Assembly (NCBI GenBank): GCA_965237905.1
Contig: OZ250172.1
Coordinates: forward strand, 1,600,001 to 1,664,000
Length of the DNA stretch: 64,000 nucleotides
Source of the DNA: Nitrospinaceae bacterium
GTDB lineage: Bacteria; Nitrospinota; Nitrospinia; Nitrospinales; Nitrospinaceae
Direction: 5' to 3'
Shown: one piece after another, positions 9,132-17,961 of the stretch
Numbering within the stretch: position 1 is the first letter of the stretch
Layout of the letters: the number at the start of each line of letters is the position of its first letter
The notes under the pieces: generated by a model
Database searches by the model: none
Seen by the model: the letters and a program-made list of their open reading frames with translations, nothing else
Told to the model about the DNA's origin: nothing
Made by a program: the position numbers and the translations under genes

Positions 9132-9824
9132 ATGGCACTTCCAAATCCCGGTATGCAAATCGACACAACCAACACGGCACTCGTGATCACCGATCCGCAA
9201 AACGATTTTTTAAGTCCGCAAGGCGTGACCTGGGGTGTGGTCGGCGAGAGCGTTACGGAAAACAACACGGTCGCCAATATTGAAACGTTACTCAAGGCCG
9301 CCCAAGACAACGGCATCCCGCTTTTCATTTCCCCTCATTACTACTACCCCACCGACCACCAGTGGAAGTTCGAGGGAGCACTCGAGAAGCTGATGCACGA
9401 CATCAATATGTTCGACCGCAAGGGTCCTTTGAATCTTGAAAACTTCCAAGGGTCAGGTCCCGACTGGCTGGAGCAGTACAAACCTTATATCGAGAACGAA
9501 AACACCGTGGTGGTGAGTCCTCATAAAGTGTACGGACCGGAAACCAATGATCTCGTTCTTCAATTAAGAAAACGCGGAATTGACAAGGTGGTTCTCGCAG
9601 GAATGTCGGCCAACCTCTGTGTCGAAAGCCATATGCGGGAACTTTTAGAGCAAGGTTTTGAAGTGGCTGTGGTGAAGGATGCCACCGCCGCCGCCATAGT
9701 TCCGGAAGGCAACGGCTACGACGCCGCCCTGACCAATTTTCGTTTTCTGGCCAATACCGTTTGGTCCACCGAGGAAGCTGTTGCAGCGCTTTCCCAACAG
9801 GAAACCGTAACCGCACTTTCTTAA
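9132..9824 (+). CDS. Isochorismatase-family cysteine hydrolase
   Basis: DPQNDF, K, and ANLCVE (Asp-Lys-Cys triad); DATA motif. Confidence 0.9.
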   Translation: MALPNPGMQIDTTNTALVITDPQNDFLSPQGVTWGVVGESVTENNTVANIETLLKAAQDNGIPLFISPHYYYPTDHQWKFEGALEKLMHDINMFDRKGPLNLENFQGSGPDWLEQYKPYIENENTVVVSPHKVYGPETNDLVLQLRKRGIDKVVLAGMSANLCVESHMRELLEQGFEVAVVKDATAAAIVPEGNGYDAALTNFRFLANTVWSTEEAVAALSQQETVTALS

Positions 9825-9863
9825 TAAAAAAACTTTAACCAACTTAAAAAAGGAACCACTCAA

Positions 9864-10226
9864 ATGAAAACGGCAATCATCATTTTATCCGATCCCAAAG
9901 GAGACTCTGAGGAATCTTTAGGGCGCCTATTTAACGGTCTGGCGGCGGCTTACGATTATAAAAGCGCCGGCCAGGAAGTATCGATTCTCTTTCAAGGCGC
10001 CGGCACACGATGGCCGGAAGTTCTGCAAAAAGAAAACCATCCGGCTCATGAATTGTTTGAAGCGGTGGCGGATAAAATCCAGGGCATTTCCTGCGCGTGT
10101 GCCGACGTGTTCGGCGCGGATACTACAGGATACGACCTGATCAAGGACAATTCCGTTCCCAAAACCACCGGACTGCCCAGCCTGAGCAAGCTTCAGGAGC
10201 AGGGTTTTAATGTCCTTACTTTTTAA
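9864..10226 (+). CDS. DsrE-like protein, paralogue 1
   Basis: V.ILFQGAG and SCACA motifs, C-terminal G..VLTF. Confidence 0.75.
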   Translation: MKTAIIILSDPKGDSEESLGRLFNGLAAAYDYKSAGQEVSILFQGAGTRWPEVLQKENHPAHELFEAVADKIQGISCACADVFGADTTGYDLIKDNSVPKTTGLPSLSKLQEQGFNVLTF

Positions 10227-10303
10227 ACGCTGATACGCCCCCTGCTAATGAGGGGGCTTTCACAATTTATTCCATATTGGAAAAACATTAAAGGAGAAAC
10301 ACA

Positions 10304-10651
10304 ATGAATCAAGAAAACACAGTCGTAAACAATGCAGTGATTCATCTGGACGACGATGATTTTGAAGCATCGGTGATCCAATCCAAAAAACTGGCCTTGG
10401 TCGACTTCTGGGCCGACTGGTGTCAACCCTGCCATGTGATGGCTCCAACCGTGGAAGCACTGGCTGAGGAATACGGCGATCGCATTCTGGTGGCCAAACT
10501 GGATGTGGATGCCAACCCGATGGCCACTCATAAATATGGGATCCGTGGCATTCCCGCTCTTCTGCTGTTCAAAGACGGGCAATTGGTGCAACAAATCGTG
10601 GGCGTAAGGCCTAAGGAAGAAATCGCCCGCATCATCGAAAACCATCTTTAA
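10304..10651 (+). CDS. trxA: Thioredoxin
   Basis: VDFWADWCQPC and GIP motifs. Confidence 0.9.
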   Translation: MNQENTVVNNAVIHLDDDDFEASVIQSKKLALVDFWADWCQPCHVMAPTVEALAEEYGDRILVAKLDVDANPMATHKYGIRGIPALLLFKDGQLVQQIVGVRPKEEIARIIENHL

Positions 10652-10668
10652 TTGGAAAGGAAAATATC

Positions 10669-11406
10669 ATGTCCAACACAACTCAAACCGTATTGATCAC
10701 TGGAGCGTCGAGCGGTATCGGCCTCGACGTCGCCAAGGGATTCCTGGAAAGGGGATCCAATGTCGTTCTGAATTCCCGTCACGGTGAAAAACTTGCCGCC
10801 GCCGCACAGGCATTAGGTGGCGGAGAAAAAATCGCGCTGGTGCCGGGAGATATCAGCAACAAAGAGACCGGTGAAAAAATGGTCCGCACGGCGGTCGAGC
10901 GCTTCGGCAGTGTCGATGTGCTTGTCAATAATGCCGGGATCTTCGGACTCAAACCCTTCCTGGAAACCAGCGAAGAAGATATCGACAACTACATCCGCAT
11001 CAACCTGAAGGGGACTTACTTCGTCACTCAGGCGGTGGTGCGGCAGATGAAACAACAGGGTGGCGGCAGTATTGTCAACATCGGCACCGCCCTCATCATG
11101 CATTCGATGGCCGGGGCACCCGCCAGCGCAGCGCTGATCACCAAAGGCGGCGTGCACGCCCTGACCACCAGTTTGGCCAGCGAACTGGCGGCGGATAACA
11201 TCCGCGTCAACGCGGTGGCCCCGGGTGTCATCCGGACGCCGATTCACGGGGAAGCGGATGTCGATGCGTTCGGCGGCGTCGCCCTCATGAATCGGGTCGG
11301 GGAAGTGCGGGAAACCACCGAAGCGGTGATTCATTTAGCAACGGCTGGTTTCACTACCGGCGTCATCCTTCCCGTAGACGGAGGCTTTGTCCACGGCCGA
11401 GCTTAA
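10669..11406 (+). CDS. SDR oxidoreductase lacking the canonical catalytic Tyr
   Basis: TGASSGIG, NNAG, ALITKGG in place of YxxxK, VDGG. Confidence 0.9.
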   Translation: MSNTTQTVLITGASSGIGLDVAKGFLERGSNVVLNSRHGEKLAAAAQALGGGEKIALVPGDISNKETGEKMVRTAVERFGSVDVLVNNAGIFGLKPFLETSEEDIDNYIRINLKGTYFVTQAVVRQMKQQGGGSIVNIGTALIMHSMAGAPASAALITKGGVHALTTSLASELAADNIRVNAVAPGVIRTPIHGEADVDAFGGVALMNRVGEVRETTEAVIHLATAGFTTGVILPVDGGFVHGRA

Positions 11407-11431
11407 GGGGTGAAAGCATTACAGAAAAATC

Positions 11432-11459
11432 AGAGCCATCGTCACTGGGCGATGGCTCT
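11432..11459 (+). terminator. Hairpin after the SDR gene
   Basis: agagccatcgtc-actg-ggcgatggctct. Confidence 0.5.
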
Positions 11460-11504
11460 CATTCTAAAATACAAACAATTGAATATTGATCGGAGGAAAC
11501 TCAA

Positions 11505-12161
11505 ATGAAAAATAAAAACTTTACTCTTTTGGCAATCGTATTTGCTTTCACACTGATGTTGGCAGGTTGTAAGGATCCGACCTATTCCAGTCATAGTCCG
11601 CAATTATCTGGGGGTTGGATATTTGACCCAGTGGTAGCGGAAAAGATCCATAAAAACCCGGCCCGTGGAGAAGTGGCAGTCGGACTTTCCCGGCTCGAAC
11701 AGCGAATGCTCGAAAAATATGGCATTGGATTCGGCAAAACTTTTATCACTCAAGTTCAGGCTGAGCTGTGGACGGTAACGCGGACCAGCACCGGCTTGCG
11801 GTTTGAGAGGCCGATAGGACCCTTGGCGGCTGTAAATCTGCAATCGCTTCCCATGATTCGGACTCATTACAGGATCGCTCCCGCTTCAGTTGGGGGACCG
11901 AATAGGGCACCGAACCTGGCCTGGGTATTTGACGAAGCCCTTCAGGACAAAATTCAAAATCGAATTTTTTTAAAGGGTATCCCCAGCGCAATTGGCCTGA
12001 GCCGTTTCCAACAAAAAGTCCTGCAACGCTATGGGGTTCAAGTAGGCCAATCCTTCCGGACGACCGTGGGTGGGAGAGTACTGACAGTTAAAAGGGTGAG
12101 CCTCGGCCTGCAGATCCAGAGCTTCGCTAAAGACAAGATGGCCTCCTACTTTACCAGCTAA
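11505..12161 (+). CDS. Hypothetical lipoprotein with an internal two-fold repeat
   Basis: Lipobox LAGC; duplicated W.FD...KI...GLSR..Q..L..YG...G..F unit; GGAGG RBS. Confidence 0.7.
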   Translation: MKNKNFTLLAIVFAFTLMLAGCKDPTYSSHSPQLSGGWIFDPVVAEKIHKNPARGEVAVGLSRLEQRMLEKYGIGFGKTFITQVQAELWTVTRTSTGLRFERPIGPLAAVNLQSLPMIRTHYRIAPASVGGPNRAPNLAWVFDEALQDKIQNRIFLKGIPSAIGLSRFQQKVLQRYGVQVGQSFRTTVGGRVLTVKRVSLGLQIQSFAKDKMASYFTS

Positions 12162-12292
12162 CCGGGGAAAGCCATATGATAGTCAAACTCCTAAAAGATC
12201 AATAGTTTATGAATCAAGTCGGTGTTCCTGGCTCGGTCCCGGTGACTCGGGAGGGGGGCGCGAAATTTTTTAAAAAAAACCCAAAAAAAACC

Positions 12293-12321
12293 TTGACTGT
12301 TTACCGAACGTTCGGTAAAGT
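12293..12321 (+). promoter_or_regulatory. Sigma-70 promoter with an overlapping perfect 20-bp operator
   Basis: TTGACT-17-TAAAGT; palindrome TTTACCGAACGTTCGGTAAA at 12300-12319. Confidence 0.8.
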
Positions 12322-12360
12322 AGACACCGAGTTCTAAAACCGAGTGAAGGAGGATCATAT

Positions 12361-12963
12361 ATGCCTGTTAGAAAAATCGATGAAGACCATCTACTGGATC
12401 GGCTGACCGAGGTATTCCGTCTGCACGGCTATCAAGGCGCAAGCCTCAGCCTTATTGCGGAAGCAACCGGACTCAAGCGCGCCAGTCTTTACCACCGCTT
12501 TCCGGGTGGTAAGAAGGAAATGGCCGAGGCCGTACTCCAGCGTGCCGACACCTGGTTCGTATCCCACATCCTCGCGCCCCTGACCGAGCCCGGGGAACCC
12601 TCGGCCCGCATTCGGGAGATGGCTAATCGCCTCAGTGATTTCTATGGCGGGGGTCACCACTCTTGTCTGCTCGATTCGCTATCGCTGGGTGACGAGGACG
12701 TCGCTATTCGCAGGCATATCGAGCGGTCGTTCACGGCCTGGCTTGGCGCATTGGTTGGTATCGCCCGTGAATCGGGTTTGAGCCCGGCCACTGCCAAACT
12801 TCGTGCCGAGGAGGCACTGGTCCATATCCAGGGCGCCCTCGTCATGGCGCGAGCCACCGGCGAAACCCAACCGTTTGCACGGGTCCTCCAGAACTTACCG
12901 GAACTTTTAACGTTTGATTCAAAAAAACCTAAACCTAAAACAAAGGGGAGTAGCAAATCATGA
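12361..12963 (+). CDS. TetR/AcrR-family regulator
   Basis: F...GYQGASLSLIAEATGLKRASLYHRFPGGK HTH. Confidence 0.95.
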   Translation: MPVRKIDEDHLLDRLTEVFRLHGYQGASLSLIAEATGLKRASLYHRFPGGKKEMAEAVLQRADTWFVSHILAPLTEPGEPSARIREMANRLSDFYGGGHHSCLLDSLSLGDEDVAIRRHIERSFTAWLGALVGIARESGLSPATAKLRAEEALVHIQGALVMARATGETQPFARVLQNLPELLTFDSKKPKPKTKGSSKS

Positions 12964-13334
12964 AAACTGCAATCATTATTCTTTCCGATCCAAAAAATGG
13001 TGGCGAGGAAGCATTCGGTCGTGCGTTCAATGGATTGGCCTCGGCCTACGACTTCAAGCAGAAGGGCGACGACGTGACGATCCTGTTTCAAGGAACCGGC
13101 ACACGCTGGCCTGCTGAACTTTCCAGGTCTAAAAACCCCGCCCATGAACTGTTCGAAGCGGTGAAGGACAAGATTGCCGGAGTTTCGTGCGGCTGTGCAG
13201 ACGCATTCGGCGCCACTGAAGACGCCGAGAAGTCGGGCTGTGACCTTGTCAAGGACAATCCAGTTCCCAACACCGGTGGCATGGCCAGTCTGCAAAGACT
13301 GCGATCCGAAGGCTACACCGTCATGACTTTTTAA
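12960..13334 (+). CDS. DsrE-like protein, paralogue 2
   Basis: Highly similar to 9864-10226; SCGCA motif; ATGA overlap with the TetR stop. Confidence 0.75.
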   Translation: MKTAIIILSDPKNGGEEAFGRAFNGLASAYDFKQKGDDVTILFQGTGTRWPAELSRSKNPAHELFEAVKDKIAGVSCGCADAFGATEDAEKSGCDLVKDNPVPNTGGMASLQRLRSEGYTVMTF

Positions 13335-13460
13335 AATGTCATTTGAAGCAGTGCAGGCAGTACCAAAGGCAGGATTCAGCGAGGGCGCAATCGTCGAGAT
13401 TGTTGGTCATGCAGGCCTCAATGTCTTCGCGAATTATTTTTACAAAGTTTATAAAACAAT

Positions 13461-13584
13461 AATTAATTTTTGCTTCGTTTGTAAGGAATCAACTTTTAAC
13501 GTGACATAAGTTTCTAACCAAATTGATTTTTGCTTAATTCGTATGAATCAATTTCTAACGCAACATAACTTTTAAATCTAACCA
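13461..13584 (+). repeat. Imperfect tandem repeat, two units of about 60 bp
   Basis: aatt(a/g)atttttgctt...gta.gaatcaa.tt.taacg..acataa...tctaacca at 13461-13520 and 13521-13584. Confidence 0.75.
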
Positions 13585-13597
13585 AAAGGAGTCAACC

Positions 13598-14173
13598 ATG
13601 AAGTCCATGTTTAAAAGCAACGCTCGTTTCTTTACCATCTTTTCTTTATTAGTCATTTTGACGACAGGTGTTGCCTGTGCAGGGCAAGACAAAATGATGA
13701 AAAAAGAAGGCAGTATGAGTAATCAAGAACATAGCAAAATGATGAAAAAAGACCACATGATGAAAAAAGAAGGAAGTATGCATACCACTGGGATTGCCAA
13801 CAGTATTGTCGGTGTCCAGGGGTATGACCTCGTGTCCTATCGCACCAACGAAAAGCCTCTGCGAGGGAACGGCAACCACATTGTTGATCATCACGGCATC
13901 ACCTATTTGTTTGTAAATAAAGAAAATCAGGAGAAATTTGCACAAGATCCTCACAAATATCTGCCTGAATTTGGCGGTTACTGCGCCTATGGAGCGGCAG
14001 TGGGCAAGAAGTTTGTGGGCGATCCTGATGTTTGGAAAATCGTAGACGGCAAACTTTACCTCAATCTTGACAACAAGATTCAGGGAATCTGGAATAAAGA
14101 CATTTCCGGAAACATCGTGAAAGCAGAAAACAATTGGACGAAGATCAAGGACAAAAATCCGGAGGATTTGTAA
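13598..14173 (+). CDS. Exported YHS-domain protein with a Met/His-rich N-terminus
   Basis: GYDLVSY, YLF...N..KF..DP.KYLP.FGGYCAYG, WKIVDGKLYLN; MMKK repeats. Confidence 0.85.
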   Translation: MKSMFKSNARFFTIFSLLVILTTGVACAGQDKMMKKEGSMSNQEHSKMMKKDHMMKKEGSMHTTGIANSIVGVQGYDLVSYRTNEKPLRGNGNHIVDHHGITYLFVNKENQEKFAQDPHKYLPEFGGYCAYGAAVGKKFVGDPDVWKIVDGKLYLNLDNKIQGIWNKDISGNIVKAENNWTKIKDKNPEDL

Positions 14174-14277
14174 TCCAGCGGAGAATTCTATAGAGCGGCC
14201 TTGCAGGATGCAGGGCCGCTGTTCTTGCAAAACTCAATTAAACCTACTTATAAACTTTAAGCAAAAGGAAATTCCCA

Positions 14278-14655
14278 ATGAATATTCGTAATGTATGTTT
14301 TGTTTTAGGATGGACGTTTGTTGCCGTCGGCATCCTTGGATTTATCCCCAATCCTTTGGTTTCTTCCGACGGATTCTTTGTTGTCAACGCGCTACACAAT
14401 CTTGTCCACCTCCTCACCGGGGCCGCATTTATTTTTGGCGCGATCCGGTTTGAAGGCAAAGAAGCGCTGGTCGTAACGAGTATTGGTGTCGCGTATTTGG
14501 CGGTGGCGGGCCTGGGGTTTGTCACTTCCGGAAATATGATGCTCGGAATGATCCACATCAATGAAGCGGACCGTTGGCTGCATCTGGGGTTGGCATTCGC
14601 CATATTGTTGCCCGGAGTACTGCTTCGGCCCACTCAGCGGAGTATCAATGCCTGA
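14278..14655 (+). CDS. Small 4-TM protein (DUF4383-like)
   Basis: VGILGF, N.LHNLVHL..G and AD.WLHL motifs. Confidence 0.75.
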   Translation: MNIRNVCFVLGWTFVAVGILGFIPNPLVSSDGFFVVNALHNLVHLLTGAAFIFGAIRFEGKEALVVTSIGVAYLAVAGLGFVTSGNMMLGMIHINEADRWLHLGLAFAILLPGVLLRPTQRSINA

Positions 14656-14814
14656 CGATGGAATGACTACTAGAGAAGGAGAGGGACTATCCCATTACGG
14701 ATTCCCCTCTCCCCTCTTTCTTAAAATTATTAACTGAACAGGAAAGAATTACTGGGTGGATACCATGACAGAAAATAGCATTGAATACATTCCAATTTTC
14801 GTATTCTACCCACT

Positions 14815-14837
14815 AAATGTCGCTAATCACGATATTT
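14815..14837. promoter_or_regulatory. Putative UAS, copy 3
   Basis: AAATGTCG-N7-CGATATTT preceded by the shared cact, 95 bp upstream of the -24 GG. Confidence 0.7.
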
Positions 14838-14908
14838 CGTCAGCCACCAGAATCCTTTATAACCCCATAAATCATTAAAATTTAAAGGATTAATAGCTCG
14901 CTTAACTT

Positions 14909-14924
14909 TGGCATGGAACCTGCT
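14909..14924 (+). promoter_or_regulatory. Sigma-54 -24/-12 promoter, copy 3
   Basis: TGGCATGGAACCTGCT followed by ctatac; GG-N10-GC. Confidence 0.8.
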
Positions 14925-14989
14925 CTATACATATTAAGAAATACTGATCACAAGCCAAATTATGAGGACCGATCAAAATGGAGGATGTC

Positions 14990-15631
14990 ATGACCGAGAA
15001 TTTTACTGAACTCGCTTTTACTGAAAGTGTCAAGGCACAGCAGGAAAAGTACGGGACGCGAACCGCCTATTCGAGAATGGAACGGGGCGGGAAATTTCGC
15101 AACCAAATCACCTGGCAGGAGCAAAGGCATATTGAAGACCGGGACGGTTTTTATCTTTCCTCGGTGGGTGAAAACGGCTGGCCTTACATGCAGTTCCGGG
15201 GCGGTCCCAAAGGTTTCCTGAAGGTGATCGACGACAACACCCTGGCTTTCGCCGATTTTCGCGGCAACGGACAATACATCAGCACCGGTAACTTTAATGA
15301 CAATAAGAGGACGATGCTGTTTCTAATGGATTACCCCAATAAAACGCGGCTTAAAATCTGGGCGGACGCCGAAGTGCTGGACCCGGCGGAACATCCGGAG
15401 TTAGCGAAACAATTGATCATGCCGGATTACAAAGCCACGGTGGAACGGATCATCGTATTCAAAGTTCATGCGTTCGACTGGAACTGTCCGCAACACATCA
15501 CTCCCCGGTACACGCAGGAGGAGATCAAGGAATCCCAGCAAGTGCTCACGGCTCGTATCGCAGAGCTGGAAACCGAAAACAAGAGTCTGCGGCAACAGAT
15601 CGAATCATCCGGAAAACCGCAGATTTCTTAA
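14990..15631 (+). CDS. Pyridoxamine 5'-phosphate oxidase-like FMN-binding protein
   Basis: GWPY.QFRGGPKGFL, ADFRGN.QYIS.GN, DWNCPQHITPRY; GGAGG RBS precedes ATG 14990. Confidence 0.9.
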   Translation: MTENFTELAFTESVKAQQEKYGTRTAYSRMERGGKFRNQITWQEQRHIEDRDGFYLSSVGENGWPYMQFRGGPKGFLKVIDDNTLAFADFRGNGQYISTGNFNDNKRTMLFLMDYPNKTRLKIWADAEVLDPAEHPELAKQLIMPDYKATVERIIVFKVHAFDWNCPQHITPRYTQEEIKESQQVLTARIAELETENKSLRQQIESSGKPQIS

Positions 15632-15650
15632 AAAATGAGGGAGGCAGATC

Positions 15651-16067
15651 ATGTTCAAGGCAATGATTGGATTTAACAAAGCGATTCTCGCCATGCCAAA
15701 ACCCTGGCAGGTATGGATGATTCTTCTTGTGTCAGCAAATATAGTTTCACCATTTTTCTTTCTGGGAAAACCGGAAGCAATAGTAGTGCTTGTCGCTGCA
15801 ACAGCCAGTGGGTTCATCATGACGGCCTTATTTGCAAGATTTGGATTTGTGAGGCTTCTGGGTCTTGGCCATATACCCTGGCTGTTCACCGTCCCCTGGC
15901 TTGGCTTGCAATTGGGTCAGACGATAGAAAGCGGCTCCTTTTATTATTGGCTACTTTCCGTAATTGTACTCGATAGCATTTCACTGGTAATTGATGCGGT
16001 GGATGTCGCCCGATATTGGATGGGTGAACGGCAACCCACTATCACGACGGACATAAACGCATTTTAA
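15651..16067 (+). CDS. Hypothetical membrane protein
   Basis: Four hydrophobic segments, RLLGLGHIPW; RBS. Confidence 0.75.
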   Translation: MFKAMIGFNKAILAMPKPWQVWMILLVSANIVSPFFFLGKPEAIVVLVAATASGFIMTALFARFGFVRLLGLGHIPWLFTVPWLGLQLGQTIESGSFYYWLLSVIVLDSISLVIDAVDVARYWMGERQPTITTDINAF

Positions 16068-16121
16068 AATTAAACCAACGAGAACATTCACTCAACTCAA
16101 AAATTAAAAAGGAGAAATACC

Positions 16122-16529
16122 ATGAACCTCACCGATAACGTCATACAGGACACGACAGTGTCCAAGTTTGCAGACAACCAAAGGAATATTGAGGCCATTT
16201 CATCCGTCATCCAGATTTATAGCGAAGGCGGACGCCGGGGCGATGCGGCGATCATGAAACGCGCGTTTCGTAAAAACGCGACGATCCACGGGTACATTGG
16301 CGGCGGCCTGCTTGCCGGACCGATCCAGATGCTGTTCGACTGGGTCACCGAAAATCCGCCTGCCCCGAATCTGGAGGCCGAAATCGTCGACATTGATCTC
16401 GCGGAAACCGTTGCCACTGCGCGGGTCGAGATCGCCGACTGGCTTGGATTCCGCTTCACGGATCAGTTCACGCTGTTGAAGGAAAACGGCGCATGGACAA
16501 TCACGTCCAAAGTGTTTCACGCTTATTAA
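16122..16529 (+). CDS. NTF2-like (lumazine-binding-like) protein
   Basis: Y..G...GD...M..AF...A and FTD.F.LLK..G.W.I.SKVFH patterns. Confidence 0.8.
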   Translation: MNLTDNVIQDTTVSKFADNQRNIEAISSVIQIYSEGGRRGDAAIMKRAFRKNATIHGYIGGGLLAGPIQMLFDWVTENPPAPNLEAEIVDIDLAETVATARVEIADWLGFRFTDQFTLLKENGAWTITSKVFHAY

Positions 16530-16578
16530 TTAATGATTGCTATTAACAAAACAAAAACCAATTTAAAGGAGATCAGCC

Positions 16579-17460
16579 ATGACTAAAACCATCCTCATCA
16601 CCGGCGCATCTACCGGTTTTGGTCGCGACACCGCCGAGACTTTGGCGCGCGCCGGCCACCAGATATTTGCTTCGATGCGCGATCCGGAAACGAAAAACCG
16701 AACTCACGCAGAAGCCCTCAGAAATCAAAACATCGAAGTAGTCGAGCTCGATGTCACCAACTCTGAATCGGTCGATCGCGCTGTCGCCACAGTTATTGCA
16801 AAGGCAGATCATATCGATGTCCTAATTAACAATGCTGGAGTTTTAATGGCCGGTGTTTCGGAAGCATTCACACCCGAGCAAGTGAACGCGCTGTTCGATG
16901 TCAACGTCATCGGGCTCCATCGGGTAACCCGTGCGGTACTGCCGCACCTCCGTCGCCACAATGACGGCTTGATCATCAACATTGGCTCCGTTCTCGGTCG
17001 CGTTACTTTCCCATTTTTCGGGCTTTATGGTGCCAGCAAGTTCGCGGTGGAGGCTCTGACCGACAGCTACCGCTACGAGGTCTCACAGCTGGGAATCGAC
17101 GTTACTCTGGTGCAACCCAGCGCCTATCCCTCACAGTTGTTTGACAGTGCAACACTGCCAGCAGATACGGAGCGAACCACGGAATACGGTACCGTGGGAG
17201 AGATCCCTGACGCCATGTTCCAAAATTTCAACACGATATTGTCAGCGCCTGGCGCACCCGACCTTCACGATATCGCCGAAGCGGTCGCCAAGCTGATCGA
17301 CACTCCCAAAGGTGACCGGCCCGCGCGAACCGTAGTGGGCGCCAGCTATGGTGCCGATACCGTGAACGATGCGACAGAACCTGTTCAGGCGGCCACTGTC
17401 GAGGCACTCGGACTCGGCCATCTTGCGACGGTACCGGGCGTGCTTGCGAAAAGCGCATGA
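16579..17460 (+). CDS. SDR oxidoreductase
   Basis: TGASTGFG, NNAG, YGASK. Confidence 0.95.
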   Translation: MTKTILITGASTGFGRDTAETLARAGHQIFASMRDPETKNRTHAEALRNQNIEVVELDVTNSESVDRAVATVIAKADHIDVLINNAGVLMAGVSEAFTPEQVNALFDVNVIGLHRVTRAVLPHLRRHNDGLIINIGSVLGRVTFPFFGLYGASKFAVEALTDSYRYEVSQLGIDVTLVQPSAYPSQLFDSATLPADTERTTEYGTVGEIPDAMFQNFNTILSAPGAPDLHDIAEAVAKLIDTPKGDRPARTVVGASYGADTVNDATEPVQAATVEALGLGHLATVPGVLAKSA

Positions 17461-17494
17461 TCACACGTTTTTAATTTAACAAAGGAGATGAACC

Positions 17495-17932
17495 ATGACG
17501 ATTACAAAAAAAGTTAAAGCTTTGGATTTAAATGTTGCCGTGCCGCGAAGTTCGAAAGACACACTGGCGGGTATTGTTCATCTGCCGCGCATGATCGATA
17601 AAGCGCGCGCTCTCAGGAATAACACCCTGGGGGAATACATTTATCCCTGCCCGCTCGACCGGCACGTTTTGAACTTTCTGGCAACAAACGCGGAGGATTT
17701 CGCGGATTTGGCAGAAGTGAACGACAATGGGCAAATAGCCGAGTGGGCCGAAGAAACCGGCTGTTTCCGAAACGCGAAGGAACGGGATCTTTTGAACGGC
17801 AAAATCCTGGATAGAAAACCGGACGCCGAAACCATGGCTGAATTCCTGGGCCAGAGAAACCAGATCGATCTCACCCGCACGGATGTAATCACCTGGGCCG
17901 ATCTTAGGGACCTGGAGGAAGGCCATATTTAA
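17495..17932 (+). CDS. DUF5069-like protein
   Basis: PRS....LAG...LPRMIDKARA....LGEY.Y.CPLD...L.FL and D.EEG. Confidence 0.75.
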   Translation: MTITKKVKALDLNVAVPRSSKDTLAGIVHLPRMIDKARALRNNTLGEYIYPCPLDRHVLNFLATNAEDFADLAEVNDNGQIAEWAEETGCFRNAKERDLLNGKILDRKPDAETMAEFLGQRNQIDLTRTDVITWADLRDLEEGHI

Positions 17933-17961
17933 TGACGTGCGAGTGAACTTAGGAGGGGATT

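Noticed and set aside
13461..13584. Tandem repeat as a CRISPR array
   Set aside because: Only two diverged adjacent units, no spacers and no cas genes.
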